Source: Bacteriovorax stolpii
Lineage (GTDB): Bacteria; Bdellovibrionota; UBA1018
Assembly (NCBI GenBank): GCA_945860415.1
Contig: CAMAQA010000005.1
Span: forward strand, 507 to 64,506
Direction: 5' to 3'
DNA length: 64,000 nucleotides
Below are positions 46,328-56,364 of the stretch, piece by piece. Position 1 is the first letter of the stretch. Each line of letters starts with the position of its first letter. A program made the translations under genes and the position numbers. The notes under the pieces are model-generated. The model was given only the letters and a program-made list of their open reading frames with translations. It made no database searches and was not told the DNA's origin.

Positions 46328-47470
46328 TTACTCCTTCGAGTTCAACCCATTCGGAAAACCCTGCCCGGCATCGGCTGCCGTCTCGCGCTGGAGATTCGCC
46401 ATGGCCTGCGCACGAAAACTTGCGATGGCCTTCTGGTCCTCTGCGGACAATGACGCCGCATCAAGGGCCTTCGATCCTTCGCCCTTGGTGAACTGGAAGA
46501 AGTTTCCAGGCGGCGGCGATGCCGGTGGTGGCGAAGCCTGCTGCGCAGCGGAAGGCGCCGATCCTCCGGCAACCGCGGAAGAAAGAGACCTGGCTCCAGG
46601 AATGGACGCCGACGCCGAGGCAAGCCCACCGTCATCCACGACCCTGGAGATGTTCTCCATGAAGACCTTCTCCGGATTCGCCGAGTCCCCGACAAGGAGC
46701 ACCGGCTTCTGTCCTTCGAAGCTGACCCCGACCACACGGCCGCTTCCGCTGTTCGGGATTTTTATTTCTGCTCCTGCCGAATCGAACGCCTTCACCTGGT
46801 AGGTGTAGTTGCCGGATTTTGCCGGAAGCGTGTTGGCCTTCCTGCCATCCCACACCCAGGTCTGCTCGCCCTTCTTCTGGGGCCCCAGATCCTGCTCGAT
46901 GAGCGGAGCTCCCATGCCGTCGATGACCGTCACGCTCACGCGTGCGGCATCCGCCGGAAGTCCAAACTTGAGGGCATTGCTTTCGCCTTCGGTGTGCGGA
47001 AATCGTGCACGGTCCACCGAGACGAGCTTGCCGATCATTCCGGTCATCGCCATGCGCTCGACCGGCTGGTCACGATTCGCGAACTGCTTCATGGTCTGGT
47101 TCAGGTTCTGCAGCTGTTCCATGCTGGAGAGCTGGGCCATTTCCGCACCCATCTTCTCCATCTCGAACGGCTTCTGCGGATCCTGGTACTTCATCTGCGT
47201 GATCATCAGCTTCAGGAAGTCATCCTTGCCGAGGGTCTTCTTGATCTCGCGCGGCTTTTCGGCCTTTGCGCCGAACTGGGCCTGGAGATTTTTCCAGACA
47301 TCGCTGAACTTCGGCTCGGTGGACGGGGCGGAGCCGTCGGGAGAACCCACCTTGACGGAGGTTCCCACTTCGATTCCGGTCTTCTGGAAATCCATGCCGT
47401 TGGCCATCGAATCTCCAGCCTTCGGCGCATTCATCATCGGGCTTCCGCCCTGTCCTACCTTGCCAAGCAT
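46328..47470 (-). CDS. flgD: Hook-capping protein FlgD
   Basis: LGKDDFLKLMITQMKYQDP; WDGR in the Ig-like domain. Confidence 0.92.
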   Translation of the reverse strand: MLGKVGQGGSPMMNAPKAGDSMANGMDFQKTGIEVGTSVKVGSPDGSAPSTEPKFSDVWKNLQAQFGAKAEKPREIKKTLGKDDFLKLMITQMKYQDPQKPFEMEKMGAEMAQLSSMEQLQNLNQTMKQFANRDQPVERMAMTGMIGKLVSVDRARFPHTEGESNALKFGLPADAARVSVTVIDGMGAPLIEQDLGPQKKGEQTWVWDGRKANTLPAKSGNYTYQVKAFDSAGAEIKIPNSGSGRVVGVSFEGQKPVLLVGDSANPEKVFMENISRVVDDGGLASASASIPGARSLSSAVAGGSAPSAAQQASPPPASPPPGNFFQFTKGEGSKALDAASLSAEDQKAIASFRAQAMANLQRETAADAGQGFPNGLNSKE

Positions 47471-47491
47471 TCTACACTCCGATCCTGCTCA

Positions 47492-48889
47492 TCATGCGAT
47501 CACGTCCAACCGGCTTGAGGCTACGGCTCGCGCCGATCCTCCACCGCCAAAGGCTGCAGCCTGCCGCGGATTGACCTTCACTGCGCCGCCCGCCGAAGCG
47601 GTATCGGAGCCGGAAGACCCATCCTGGGCCGAATTTCCGCGATTTCCGTCACCGGAATTCGACGAGAAGTTCTGCTGGCCGGCGAGTCCGGGACGATCCT
47701 GGTTCGAGTCGCTGCCGAGGTTTGCGGAGCTCGAAGGCTGCGCAACCTGGACATCGACGTTGGTGAGGCTGAGATTCTGAGAAGCCAGGCTCTCGCGCAG
47801 GCTTCCCAGGCTTTCCTCGAGGATCTTCTTCGCCTGGTCATCGCTGGCGTGGATCTGCAGCCCCACTTCGGAGCCCGATTTTCCGCCCGTCATGACCTTG
47901 AGATGGAGTTCGCCCAGGTGATCCGGCTTGAGGCGAATGCGGACTTCTCCGCCATTGCCCAGCTGCCGGATGCTCTGCGCGATTCCACCGATCGACTCGC
48001 TGTTGAGGCGATTCTGGCTCATGGATCCTGCCACGACCGAACCATCCATTTTCATGGCCGTCATGCCGGCGGAGAACGGAAGGACGTTCGAGCCTTCGTT
48101 CTTGCCAGTCTGGGGATGGATCAGGCCCAGGGTGTCGGGCAGCTTGGCCTTCTTTTCCTTGAGCTCCGCGCCGGGCTCGGCGGCATTCGGAGCCTTCAAC
48201 CCCGATCCGGGCATGGCAATCGCCTGCTCGGTACCGACCGCTCCTTTTACCTGCTTGGCCATGGCTGACGCCTGTCGGACGTTCACGAAGTCATCGCTGC
48301 CGAGGGGCTTCGCCCCGGGAAGTGCCTTCGCGTTCATCGCTCCCATCTGCGTGGAGCCTTCAAGCGCCCTCTGCCCATCCGGAGAACCGGCCATGGTCGC
48401 ACCCGCGCTCTGGAGCAGCTGCTCCAGGCTTTCGAGTGCGCCGGCGGATCCACCCCTCGCCGGATCCTCGACCAAGGTCTTCTGCGAAGGATGCTTGTTC
48501 AAGCCGCCTTCGAAGACCCAATCGGGGCTCCAGGGTTTGAGTCCAGCGATATCCACGCCAGTGTTCGAACTGACGGCCATCTTCTGGATGAGCGATGCGT
48601 TTTCGGCGCTGCCACCTGCGTTGCCGGGAACTGCCTTGTCGAGCTTTCCCGACGCCGCAGCCTGGATGTTTCCAGACAATCCCGCAACCTGCTGACCCGG
48701 GTGGGGAACACCTGGCTTTACAGAATCCACGGGCTTCTGCCCTGACTGGGCAGCAACCAGGTCCGCCGCAGCCACGGCTCCGGAAAACTCCTCTCCTCCG
48801 GACTCGTCCGTGCCCTTCGGCGCCTCAGTTCCGCTGTAATCCGCTACCGACGCTGATCCAATGCTGTTGATCGTCATGATGTTCCTCAC
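47492..48889 (-). CDS. fliK: Hook-length control protein FliK
   Basis: Low-complexity N-terminus; IRLKPDHLGEL C-terminal domain. Confidence 0.88.
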   Translation of the reverse strand: MRNIMTINSIGSASVADYSGTEAPKGTDESGGEEFSGAVAAADLVAAQSGQKPVDSVKPGVPHPGQQVAGLSGNIQAAASGKLDKAVPGNAGGSAENASLIQKMAVSSNTGVDIAGLKPWSPDWVFEGGLNKHPSQKTLVEDPARGGSAGALESLEQLLQSAGATMAGSPDGQRALEGSTQMGAMNAKALPGAKPLGSDDFVNVRQASAMAKQVKGAVGTEQAIAMPGSGLKAPNAAEPGAELKEKKAKLPDTLGLIHPQTGKNEGSNVLPFSAGMTAMKMDGSVVAGSMSQNRLNSESIGGIAQSIRQLGNGGEVRIRLKPDHLGELHLKVMTGGKSGSEVGLQIHASDDQAKKILEESLGSLRESLASQNLSLTNVDVQVAQPSSSANLGSDSNQDRPGLAGQQNFSSNSGDGNRGNSAQDGSSGSDTASAGGAVKVNPRQAAAFGGGGSARAVASSRLDVIA

Positions 48890-48913
48890 CCCCTCTCCAC
48901 TTTTGAATTCCCA

Positions 48914-49597
48914 TTAGAGTTTCTCCTCTGTCTTGGGGTTGGTTTCAGGAACCGACTTCGCAACATCCGCGACCGGGGTTCCTTTTCCGGCCAGCAGTTC
49001 CATGAGCCGCACCGAACGCTTCGGCTCCATGATGTTCATGATCTTCGAAAGTTTCGCGGTCGCCATGCGCGACATCGCCTCGACGGCAAGCTGCTCATCG
49101 CTCGATGCCACCAGCTGCGAGGCGGCCTTCGGGTTCATCGACTCCAGCAGCTCCACCGTGCGGGCGATCTTCTCCTCGAATTCCTTCTTCTTCGCGACGT
49201 CCATCTTCGCCGCCTCGTCGCGGAAGGCCTGGAGCTGGCGAATGCGCTCCTCAATGGCTTTTTCGCGCAGGGCAAGCTCCTGGTCGCGGGCCTGGAGCGC
49301 AGCCTCGCGGTCATCCAGGGTCTTCCGGCGCTGGTTCAGGTCGGAGAGGGCCTGTGCAGGAATGCAGGCCGGCTCCGACGTGGCAGGCTTCACTTCCTCG
49401 GTTTTCGACTCCACCTTCGGCGCCTCGGTGGCTGGCGCGCCTTCGGCAGGCTTTTCGGCCTGGGCCTGGGTCAGCACGATACGGTCGGCGGAGAGTTCCG
49501 CATTCCGCTCGAGTCCATTCTCGACATCCGGGCTAACACCGAGCCAGACCATGAAGAATCCGATGATTGCCACCAGCGGAATCGTGACTCGCTTCAT
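48914..49597 (-). CDS. MotE/MgtE_N-like flagellar protein
   Basis: Coiled coil followed by ESMNPKAA...IMNIMEP. Confidence 0.75.
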   Translation of the reverse strand: MKRVTIPLVAIIGFFMVWLGVSPDVENGLERNAELSADRIVLTQAQAEKPAEGAPATEAPKVESKTEEVKPATSEPACIPAQALSDLNQRRKTLDDREAALQARDQELALREKAIEERIRQLQAFRDEAAKMDVAKKKEFEEKIARTVELLESMNPKAASQLVASSDEQLAVEAMSRMATAKLSKIMNIMEPKRSVRLMELLAGKGTPVADVAKSVPETNPKTEEKL

Positions 49598-50046
49598 GCC
49601 TCGCTCCTTTCGCGTGCCGCGCGGATGGAGGACAGATCGTCCATTTCCTTCATCTCTGCCCGTGCCCGTTCCTTGCGGAAATCCTGCAGGTCGGACTCGC
49701 GGATCGTGTCGATCACCATGCAGTCGCGCCGCGCATGCATGTATCCTCGCGTGGCACGCTCCACGACCCGAAGCGCCCTTGCCGACTGTTGTTCGGCTTG
49801 GCGAACTCGAACCCGAATGCCAGCGATGAACTGCTCGAGTATCGCGAATTCGTGCGAATGCGCCGTGACGTTCGCAAGGTTTTCACGACGAAGCAGCGCA
49901 TCGGCGAGCGTCGCCTCAAGCTGCGACTTTCGCGCTACGATTAGCTGGAGCTCCTGGCGCGCGCGTCCGAGGACCTGCAGCGCGTCCTGCTCCTTCCGCT
50001 TCCGGATCGTTTCGACTGCCTCTAGGCGAAACTTGAATCGCTTCAT
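49594..50046 (-). CDS. fliJ: Export chaperone FliJ
   Basis: FKFRLEAV..IR N-terminus, EMKEMDD C-terminus; follows fliI. Confidence 0.88.
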   Translation of the reverse strand: MKRFKFRLEAVETIRKRKEQDALQVLGRARQELQLIVARKSQLEATLADALLRRENLANVTAHSHEFAILEQFIAGIRVRVRQAEQQSARALRVVERATRGYMHARRDCMVIDTIRESDLQDFRKERARAEMKEMDDLSSIRAARERSEA

Positions 50047-50133
50047 CACTTTCAGTTTCACAGTTTGGAAATGAGGAACCTAGACTGAATGTTTTTCCAC
50101 GGGGAAGGATCTCGCCGGAACGTTGTTGCCGGG

Positions 50134-51459
50134 TCAGGAGCCGGCTTCGGCGGCCCGGATGATCGAATGGAGCTGGGCCATCGTGGCGTCAAATCCACCA
50201 CGATCGTCCACTCCCTGCCGAAGGAGTGCATTGATGCGCTCATGGACTGAAATGGCCGTGTCGATCTTCGGATTGGCGCCGCGCTGGTAGGCGCCGAGAT
50301 TCAGGAGATCCTCGACCTGCTTGTAGAGCGCCATCCACTCCTTCACCTGCGCAGCCCACTGCCGATGCTCAGGAGTGATGACCGAACCCATCACGCGGCT
50401 CGCGCTCGCGAGCACATCGATGGCCGGAAAGTGGTTCCGCTGGGCAATCTTCCGCGACAGGACGATGTGACCGTCGAGGATGGACCGTGCGGAGTCGGCT
50501 ATCGGATCATCCATGTCGTCGCCCTCGACGAGCACGGTGTACAGGCCGGTGATGCTGCCGCCACCAGGGCCCGTGCCCGCACGCTCGAGGAGCTTCGGAA
50601 GGGTCGAGAACACGCTCGGAGTGTAGCCCTTGGATGCCGGCGGCTCGCCCATGGAAAGCCCGATCTCGCGCTGGGCCATGCAGAAACGGGTTACCGAATC
50701 CATCAGGAGCAGCACATCCTTCCGCTGGTCACGGAAGTGCTCGGCGATCGTGGATGCGAGGAATGCCCCGCGCATCCGGAGCAGTGGCGACTGGTCGGAA
50801 GTGGCGACGATAACCACCGAGCGCTTGAGGCCCTCCGGCCCGAGGTCACGCTCGATGAACTCGCGGACCTCGCGACCGCGCTCGCCGATCAGCGCGATCA
50901 CGTTCACGTCCGCAGTCGTATGGCGGGCCATCATGCCGAGAAGCACGGACTTGCCCACGCCGGATCCGGCCATGATTCCAATGCGCTGTCCACGCCCGCA
51001 GGTCAGGAGTGCGTTGATCGCCCGCACACCAAGGTCCAGCGGCTTTCGAATGACCTCTCGTTCGAGCGGATGCGCAGGGCGTTGGTAGAGGCTGCGAGGC
51101 ACCATTCCTTCGGACGGAAGGATCGGCCCTTTTCCATCGATGGGTTCGCCCCGGGCGTTCAGGATCCGCCCGAGGAGCTCGTTGCCCACCAGGATCTGCG
51201 AAACCTCCTGGTCGAGCCGGACGAGGCTGTCGCTGTGGATTCCGGTGGCGTCGTCGAAGGCCATCAGTAGGGCGCGCTTTTCGCGAAAGCCGACGACCTC
51301 GGCCTGCACTCCGGAGTCGATCCTGCAGATGCTTCCCACCCTGGCGCCGGGAAGGTGCGCCTCGAAAATCATTCCGACGGACTTCAGGATCTTGCCTGCC
51401 TCGTTGTAAAGGGGTGCCTGGTCGAGCTTCGTCAGGTATTTTCGGTGGTCGAATTCCAT
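50134..51459 (-). CDS. fliI: Flagellar export ATPase FliI
   Basis: AGSGVGKS, GERGREV, MDSVTRF, LDGHIVLSR. Confidence 0.96.
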   Translation of the reverse strand: MEFDHRKYLTKLDQAPLYNEAGKILKSVGMIFEAHLPGARVGSICRIDSGVQAEVVGFREKRALLMAFDDATGIHSDSLVRLDQEVSQILVGNELLGRILNARGEPIDGKGPILPSEGMVPRSLYQRPAHPLEREVIRKPLDLGVRAINALLTCGRGQRIGIMAGSGVGKSVLLGMMARHTTADVNVIALIGERGREVREFIERDLGPEGLKRSVVIVATSDQSPLLRMRGAFLASTIAEHFRDQRKDVLLLMDSVTRFCMAQREIGLSMGEPPASKGYTPSVFSTLPKLLERAGTGPGGGSITGLYTVLVEGDDMDDPIADSARSILDGHIVLSRKIAQRNHFPAIDVLASASRVMGSVITPEHRQWAAQVKEWMALYKQVEDLLNLGAYQRGANPKIDTAISVHERINALLRQGVDDRGGFDATMAQLHSIIRAAEAGS

Positions 51460-51467
51460 GGGTGAGC

Positions 51468-52250
51468 TCAGCCCTTCACCATCGAATCGTGGATCGCGTC
51501 GAGCTGGCTATCGACCGAAGCCTTCATGCTGCTGAAGTCGGTTTCCACCGCGCAGCCGCCCTCAGGAACATCGGCCGATACCTCGACCTGCAGGTTCCGG
51601 AGCTCGCCCAGCGATCCGGAAAGATCGGCTCGAAGTCCGGCGATCGCATCGACCTGGGCCGGATTGAGGCGCACCCGAATGTTCTCGCGAGCCCCGGACT
51701 GCTCAATCATCGATCGAGCGAGCTTCCGGATGTAGTCGCCGTCACCGGCAACCTCCTTGAGGCACACTTTCCGGGCGATCCGAAGCACGAGCTCCGTCAG
51801 GAAGCGCTCATTGGCCTCGTACATCACCGCTTTGATTCCCTCGAACTCGGTGGCAAGGGCCTGAAGGCCATCGAGCATCGGAGCTGCAGCAGCTGCCACT
51901 TCGTCGCGCGCCTGCCGGCTGCCGATCTCGCGCCCTTCCTGGAGCCCTCGGGCCAGCGCGGCTTCGTAGGTTTCCTTGGCGATGGCATCGACCTGGGCGC
52001 GCACGCGCGACTCGAACTCGCGCTGCTCTTCGGCATGGATCGGAAGATAGGGACGCGCCAGGTCCGATACCTGGAATCGAGAGTCCTTCACCGCCGGCTG
52101 CGGATCCGAAGCCATGGGAACGCGCTCGCGCACGAAGCCCGTTTCCTGGATCGGCCTCTGCTCATAGGGCTTCACCACGCGCCCCGTTGCTGGTTCCACC
52201 CTCGCCCGGGCGAGCTGGTCCTTGGTCATGATGCGGAAGGAATCCGACAT
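51468..52250 (-). CDS. fliH: FliH
   Basis: GxxxG repeats, RLNP, GGCAVET. Confidence 0.88.
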   Translation of the reverse strand: MSDSFRIMTKDQLARARVEPATGRVVKPYEQRPIQETGFVRERVPMASDPQPAVKDSRFQVSDLARPYLPIHAEEQREFESRVRAQVDAIAKETYEAALARGLQEGREIGSRQARDEVAAAAAPMLDGLQALATEFEGIKAVMYEANERFLTELVLRIARKVCLKEVAGDGDYIRKLARSMIEQSGARENIRVRLNPAQVDAIAGLRADLSGSLGELRNLQVEVSADVPEGGCAVETDFSSMKASVDSQLDAIHDSMVKG

Positions 52251-52265
52251 AGTGCTGTCCTCTCG

Positions 52266-53279
52266 TTACACCAATGCGTCGGAATCGCCGCCGCGACTGA
52301 TAATCACCTTGCCCTCCGCCTCGAGGCGCTTGGCGACGTTGACGATCTCCTGCTGCGCGGCTTCGACATCCGACAGCTTGACCGGACCGAGGCTATCCAA
52401 GTCATCCTTGAGGAGATCGCCGGCGCGCTTGGAGATGTTCTTGAAGATCTTCTCCTTGATCTCGTCCGGAGCGGTCTTCAGGGCAATGACCAGCTTGTCG
52501 TTCGGAACCTCCTTGAGCAGCGACTGCATGCCGCGGTCGTCGATGAAGACGATGTCCTCGAACACGAACATGAGCTTGCGGATTTCCTCGGCAAGCTGCG
52601 GATCCTTCTCCTCGACCCGCGCCATGATGTTCTGCTCGCTCGACTTGTCCATGACGTTGAGCATGTCGGCGATGGGCTGCACGCCGCCAAGCTGCTGGGT
52701 ATCGATCGAACCCAGGGTGGCAAGCTCCTGCTTGAGGACTTCGTCCACCTGGGCAATCAGGCTTGGCGAGATGAAGTCGAGGTTTGCGATTCGCAGCACG
52801 ACCTCGGTCTGCACGTTTTCAGGCAGCCGCTTGAGAACATCGCACTTCTTGTTCGGCTCGAGGTGGGCAAGCACGAGCGCGATCGTCTGGGGGTGTTCGC
52901 TGATCAGGAAGTTCGCGAGCGTGCGCGAGTCGACGAGTTCCAGCGCCTCGAGCGTCCGGCTTCCTTCCACCACCGAAAGCTGGCCGAGCACGGTTCGTGC
53001 TCGATCCTCTCCCAGTGTCTCGAGGATGAAATCACGGCCCGTGGCATGACCGAAGATGATCTTTTCCTCTTCGGCGATCTCGGAATAAAAGTCCTCGAGG
53101 ACCTGCTTCACCACCGGAATCGGCACCTTCTGGACCTGGCCCATGACGTTCACGAGGCGCTTGACGTCATTGTCCTTCATCTTCTGGAAGATCTTGGCTG
53201 TGACATTATTGCCAAGGACATTGAGAAGCAGAGCGGTCTTTTCGATTCCTGACATCTCGTCGTAATTTTCAAACGGCAT
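52266..53279 (-). CDS. fliG: Motor switch FliG
   Basis: EHPQTIA, MFVFEDI, NISKRA. Confidence 0.96.
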   Translation of the reverse strand: MPFENYDEMSGIEKTALLLNVLGNNVTAKIFQKMKDNDVKRLVNVMGQVQKVPIPVVKQVLEDFYSEIAEEEKIIFGHATGRDFILETLGEDRARTVLGQLSVVEGSRTLEALELVDSRTLANFLISEHPQTIALVLAHLEPNKKCDVLKRLPENVQTEVVLRIANLDFISPSLIAQVDEVLKQELATLGSIDTQQLGGVQPIADMLNVMDKSSEQNIMARVEEKDPQLAEEIRKLMFVFEDIVFIDDRGMQSLLKEVPNDKLVIALKTAPDEIKEKIFKNISKRAGDLLKDDLDSLGPVKLSDVEAAQQEIVNVAKRLEAEGKVIISRGGDSDALV

Positions 53280-53312
53280 CGTGGACCTCCATGTCCATCA
53301 TCCAGGCGGCGA

Positions 53313-55010
53313 TCAACCCGCGGTCTTCGACTTCTCTGCGTCGCCTTTTTCCTGCTTCCTGCCGCCAGGATCCTGGCCGGCAAGCCAGTCCTTGAGGATC
53401 AATGCGGCTTTCTGCGGATTTCCCTCGACCATGCTGATGACCTTCTCGCGGATCATTTCTCCCTCGATACGGTCAGGGTCGACCCGTTCAGGCATCTCCG
53501 GAACGACTACCTCGAGGCCGGAGAGCGCCGTGCCCTTCTGAAGCTTCTCGAGCTCCTCGATCGTCTGGGGCAGGAAGGTATCGACGCTGTCGATCGTGTT
53601 CTCGGTCATCCATTTGATGTACGGCCGGACCACGAACCAGAAGAATGCCAGGAACAGGATTGCCATGCCGACGTAAGGAATCAGCTGGCGGACATAGCGC
53701 TGGCGCTCGGCAGCCTCGAGCATCCGCTGGGCGGAGTCGAGGTCTTCGCGCGTGAACTCCATGGTCTTGATCTCGAGCGTATCGCCGCGCTTTCGATCCA
53801 GTGCCACGGCGCTCGCCACGACTGTCTCGAACTCCTGGAGCTTCTCAGCGGGCCATGCCTCGGTTTTCGTGACCACCTCGCCGTCCTTGCCCGTTTCACG
53901 AACCGGCTTGCCGTCGACCACGACGGCGATCGAAAGCTTCTTCAAAAGCCCCGGTTGCCGGGTGGTGGTGCGGACCGTCTGCGGAACCGCATAGTTCACG
54001 ACTTCGTTGGTGCGGCTCGTGTTGTTCTTGATCTCCGAAACGACGGGTCCGGTCTGCCCGGGAGTATTCGAAGCAGCACCCGCTGCTCCTCCGGGATTGG
54101 GACGAGAGCCTTCCATCGACTGGGTGTTCTTGTCGATGGACCGAATGGCCGAACCTTCCTGGTCATAGATGGTCTGGGTCTCCGCCACCTGCGAGAAATC
54201 GAGGTCGGCCGAGACTCGGGCCACCACGTGCCCTTCGCCCACTACGCGCGAGAGCATTCCTTCGATGCTGGCCTCGAGATCGCGCTCGTATTTCTGGCGT
54301 GTTTCCATCTGCGTAGCGGTCAGGCCTGCGGCGGTATCGGTGGCGTTGCGCGAGATCATCTTGCCGTTGGAGTCCACGATGACGACGTCATTGGAGTCCA
54401 TGCCCTCGACGGCCCGGGCGACGAGGTTGGAGATGCCGAAGATCTGCTTCTCGTTCAGGACGACGCCAGGCTCGAGATCCAGGACGACTGATGCCGTCGA
54501 TTTTTTCTGGTCTTCGACGAAGGTGCTGCGTTCAGGAATGGCCAGGTGGACTCGCGACCGCTTCACGCCACGGATCGAATTGATCGTCCGCATCAGCTCG
54601 CCTTCCCGGGCCCGCTTCTGGTTGAGCTTCTGGACGAAGCTCGTCGTCCCGAGTGACTGCTTGTCGAAGACCTCGTAGCCCACGACGCTGGACTGGGGCA
54701 TGCCGAGAGTCGAGAGTTGCAGGCGGGTTTCGTGGACCGTCTCGCTAGGAACGGAGATGTTCCGGCCGCTGCCGTCCACGACGAACGGAATGCCTTTTTC
54801 GCGCAGCGTCCGCATGATGTTCGCCGCGTCCTCCGGGTTCAGATTCGTCATGAGCGGAGAATAGGTGGTACGGCCCGCCCAGATGAACAGGGCGGCAATG
54901 GCCGAGACGATTCCGATGCCGGTCACGGCCAGCGCCAGCTTCCGCGGACCCGAGAGGGTTCCGAAAAACTCGGCGATCTGCTTGCCTACTTTTGAAAGAT
55001 AATCACCCAC
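53313..55010 (-). CDS. fliF: MS-ring FliF
   Basis: GYEVFD, EGELMRTI, ASVVL, LSIAVVVDG. Confidence 0.96.
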   Translation of the reverse strand: MGDYLSKVGKQIAEFFGTLSGPRKLALAVTGIGIVSAIAALFIWAGRTTYSPLMTNLNPEDAANIMRTLREKGIPFVVDGSGRNISVPSETVHETRLQLSTLGMPQSSVVGYEVFDKQSLGTTSFVQKLNQKRAREGELMRTINSIRGVKRSRVHLAIPERSTFVEDQKKSTASVVLDLEPGVVLNEKQIFGISNLVARAVEGMDSNDVVIVDSNGKMISRNATDTAAGLTATQMETRQKYERDLEASIEGMLSRVVGEGHVVARVSADLDFSQVAETQTIYDQEGSAIRSIDKNTQSMEGSRPNPGGAAGAASNTPGQTGPVVSEIKNNTSRTNEVVNYAVPQTVRTTTRQPGLLKKLSIAVVVDGKPVRETGKDGEVVTKTEAWPAEKLQEFETVVASAVALDRKRGDTLEIKTMEFTREDLDSAQRMLEAAERQRYVRQLIPYVGMAILFLAFFWFVVRPYIKWMTENTIDSVDTFLPQTIEELEKLQKGTALSGLEVVVPEMPERVDPDRIEGEMIREKVISMVEGNPQKAALILKDWLAGQDPGGRKQEKGDAEKSKTAG

Positions 55011-55029
55011 GTGTCATTCCCCCGGAGTA

Positions 55030-55380
55030 CTAGACCTGCATGCGCATGATTTCGCGATAGGCGTCGAGCACCTTGTTGCGAACCTGCATCATCAGCTTGA
55101 GAGACGAATCAGCCCGCTCCACTGCGAGCATCGTCTCATGGATGTTCTTGTTCCGGCCTGCGACCATTTCACCGATCGCCTGGTCGGCCTGAAGCTGGTG
55201 CTCATTCACCTGCTCGAGCGAATTTTTGAGGATATCCGCAAACGAAGAGCCTCCGCCCTGAACCCCGGCAGCTCCGGCCTGGCCAGGGGCGACGCGCTCG
55301 ATCTTCGACGCTCCACCCAACTGCTGCGCATCACCGATCTGGATCGTCCGCGACAGATTTTCAATCGAGAGGTTGTTCAT
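55030..55380 (-). CDS. fliE: FliE
   Basis: VRNKVLDAYREIMRMQV. Confidence 0.95.
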   Translation of the reverse strand: MNNLSIENLSRTIQIGDAQQLGGASKIERVAPGQAGAAGVQGGGSSFADILKNSLEQVNEHQLQADQAIGEMVAGRNKNIHETMLAVERADSSLKLMMQVRNKVLDAYREIMRMQV

Positions 55381-55407
55381 CGTTTAGCCCCCCTGGCATC
55401 CCTTCGG

Positions 55408-55845
55408 TCAGCGACCGATCTCGAGCGATTTCGCGGCCATGGCCTTCGCCGCTCCCATTGCCGTCACATTGGCTTCATAAGAACGCTGGGCGCTGATCAT
55501 GTTGGCCATCTCATGGACGGTGTTCACGTTCGGCATGGCCACGTATCCGTCGGCATTCGCATCCGGATGCGACGGATTGTAGACCATGCGCGGCGGCGCC
55601 GTATCCTCGTGGATGTCGCTGACGAGGACGCCCTGGACCTGCTCGTCCAGCTTGTCGGCAAGGATCTCGCCGAAGCTTTCACGGTCCGCCGTGGCCTCGA
55701 AGATCGCGTCCTTGCGGCGATAGGGTCCGCCGTCAGGTCCACGGGTGGTCTCGGCATTGGCGATATTGCTCGAGATGGTGTTCATCCGCTTCATCTGGGC
55801 TTCAAGCCCGCTGGCGCTCACGCGCATTGACGAAAAAAAGTCCAT
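55408..55845 (-). CDS. flgC: Proximal rod FlgC
   Basis: NIANAETT, YNPSHPDA, YEANV. Confidence 0.96.
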   Translation of the reverse strand: MDFFSSMRVSASGLEAQMKRMNTISSNIANAETTRGPDGGPYRRKDAIFEATADRESFGEILADKLDEQVQGVLVSDIHEDTAPPRMVYNPSHPDANADGYVAMPNVNTVHEMANMISAQRSYEANVTAMGAAKAMAAKSLEIGR

Positions 55846-56273
55846 TAGCGGTTACCTCCCCCTTCTCCGATGGCGTATTTGACCATGCCGATCTTGCGTT
55901 TCATGAGTTCCGCAGCGGCATCGAACATGAGCTGGTTTTCGCTGAGGCGGGCCATTTCTTCGGCGCGATTGACGGTGTTTCCATCGAGCGACTCGACACC
56001 GTTCGGATCGTCGTAGATCTCGGGATTCACCGGATCGGTGGGACGTCGTCCGACGTGCCCGGGATGGTCGGCCTCGGCCTTCAGGCCCTGGCCCACGCCC
56101 AGCGCCTGCCGAAGTGCGCCCTCGAACTCGAGGCGCTTGGCCTTGTACTCGGGCGTATCCGCGTTCGCGATGTTCGAGGAGATCACATTCTGGTTGATCA
56201 GCCTCAAGTTCATCGCGGTGTTCAACGCGCCGATGGTGGGATCAAACCCTCCGTCACCCAAACCGTTGACCAT
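55845..56273 (-). CDS. flgB: Proximal rod FlgB
   Basis: NIANADTP.YKA, DGNTV. Confidence 0.95.
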   Translation of the reverse strand: MVNGLGDGGFDPTIGALNTAMNLRLINQNVISSNIANADTPEYKAKRLEFEGALRQALGVGQGLKAEADHPGHVGRRPTDPVNPEIYDDPNGVESLDGNTVNRAEEMARLSENQLMFDAAAELMKRKIGMVKYAIGEGGGNR

Positions 56274-56364
56274 GGCTAAACCTCCGCCTCGTTAAACGAT
56301 CTCACGCCGCGGCATCGCCCGCAGCCGGCAAAAACTTCCCCTCTGCCGCCCAGCAAGGGTGCAC

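Noticed and set aside
35830-55010. Injectisome-type T3SS
   Set aside because: Export genes are embedded with flg/fli rod, hook and C-ring genes, so the system is flagellar
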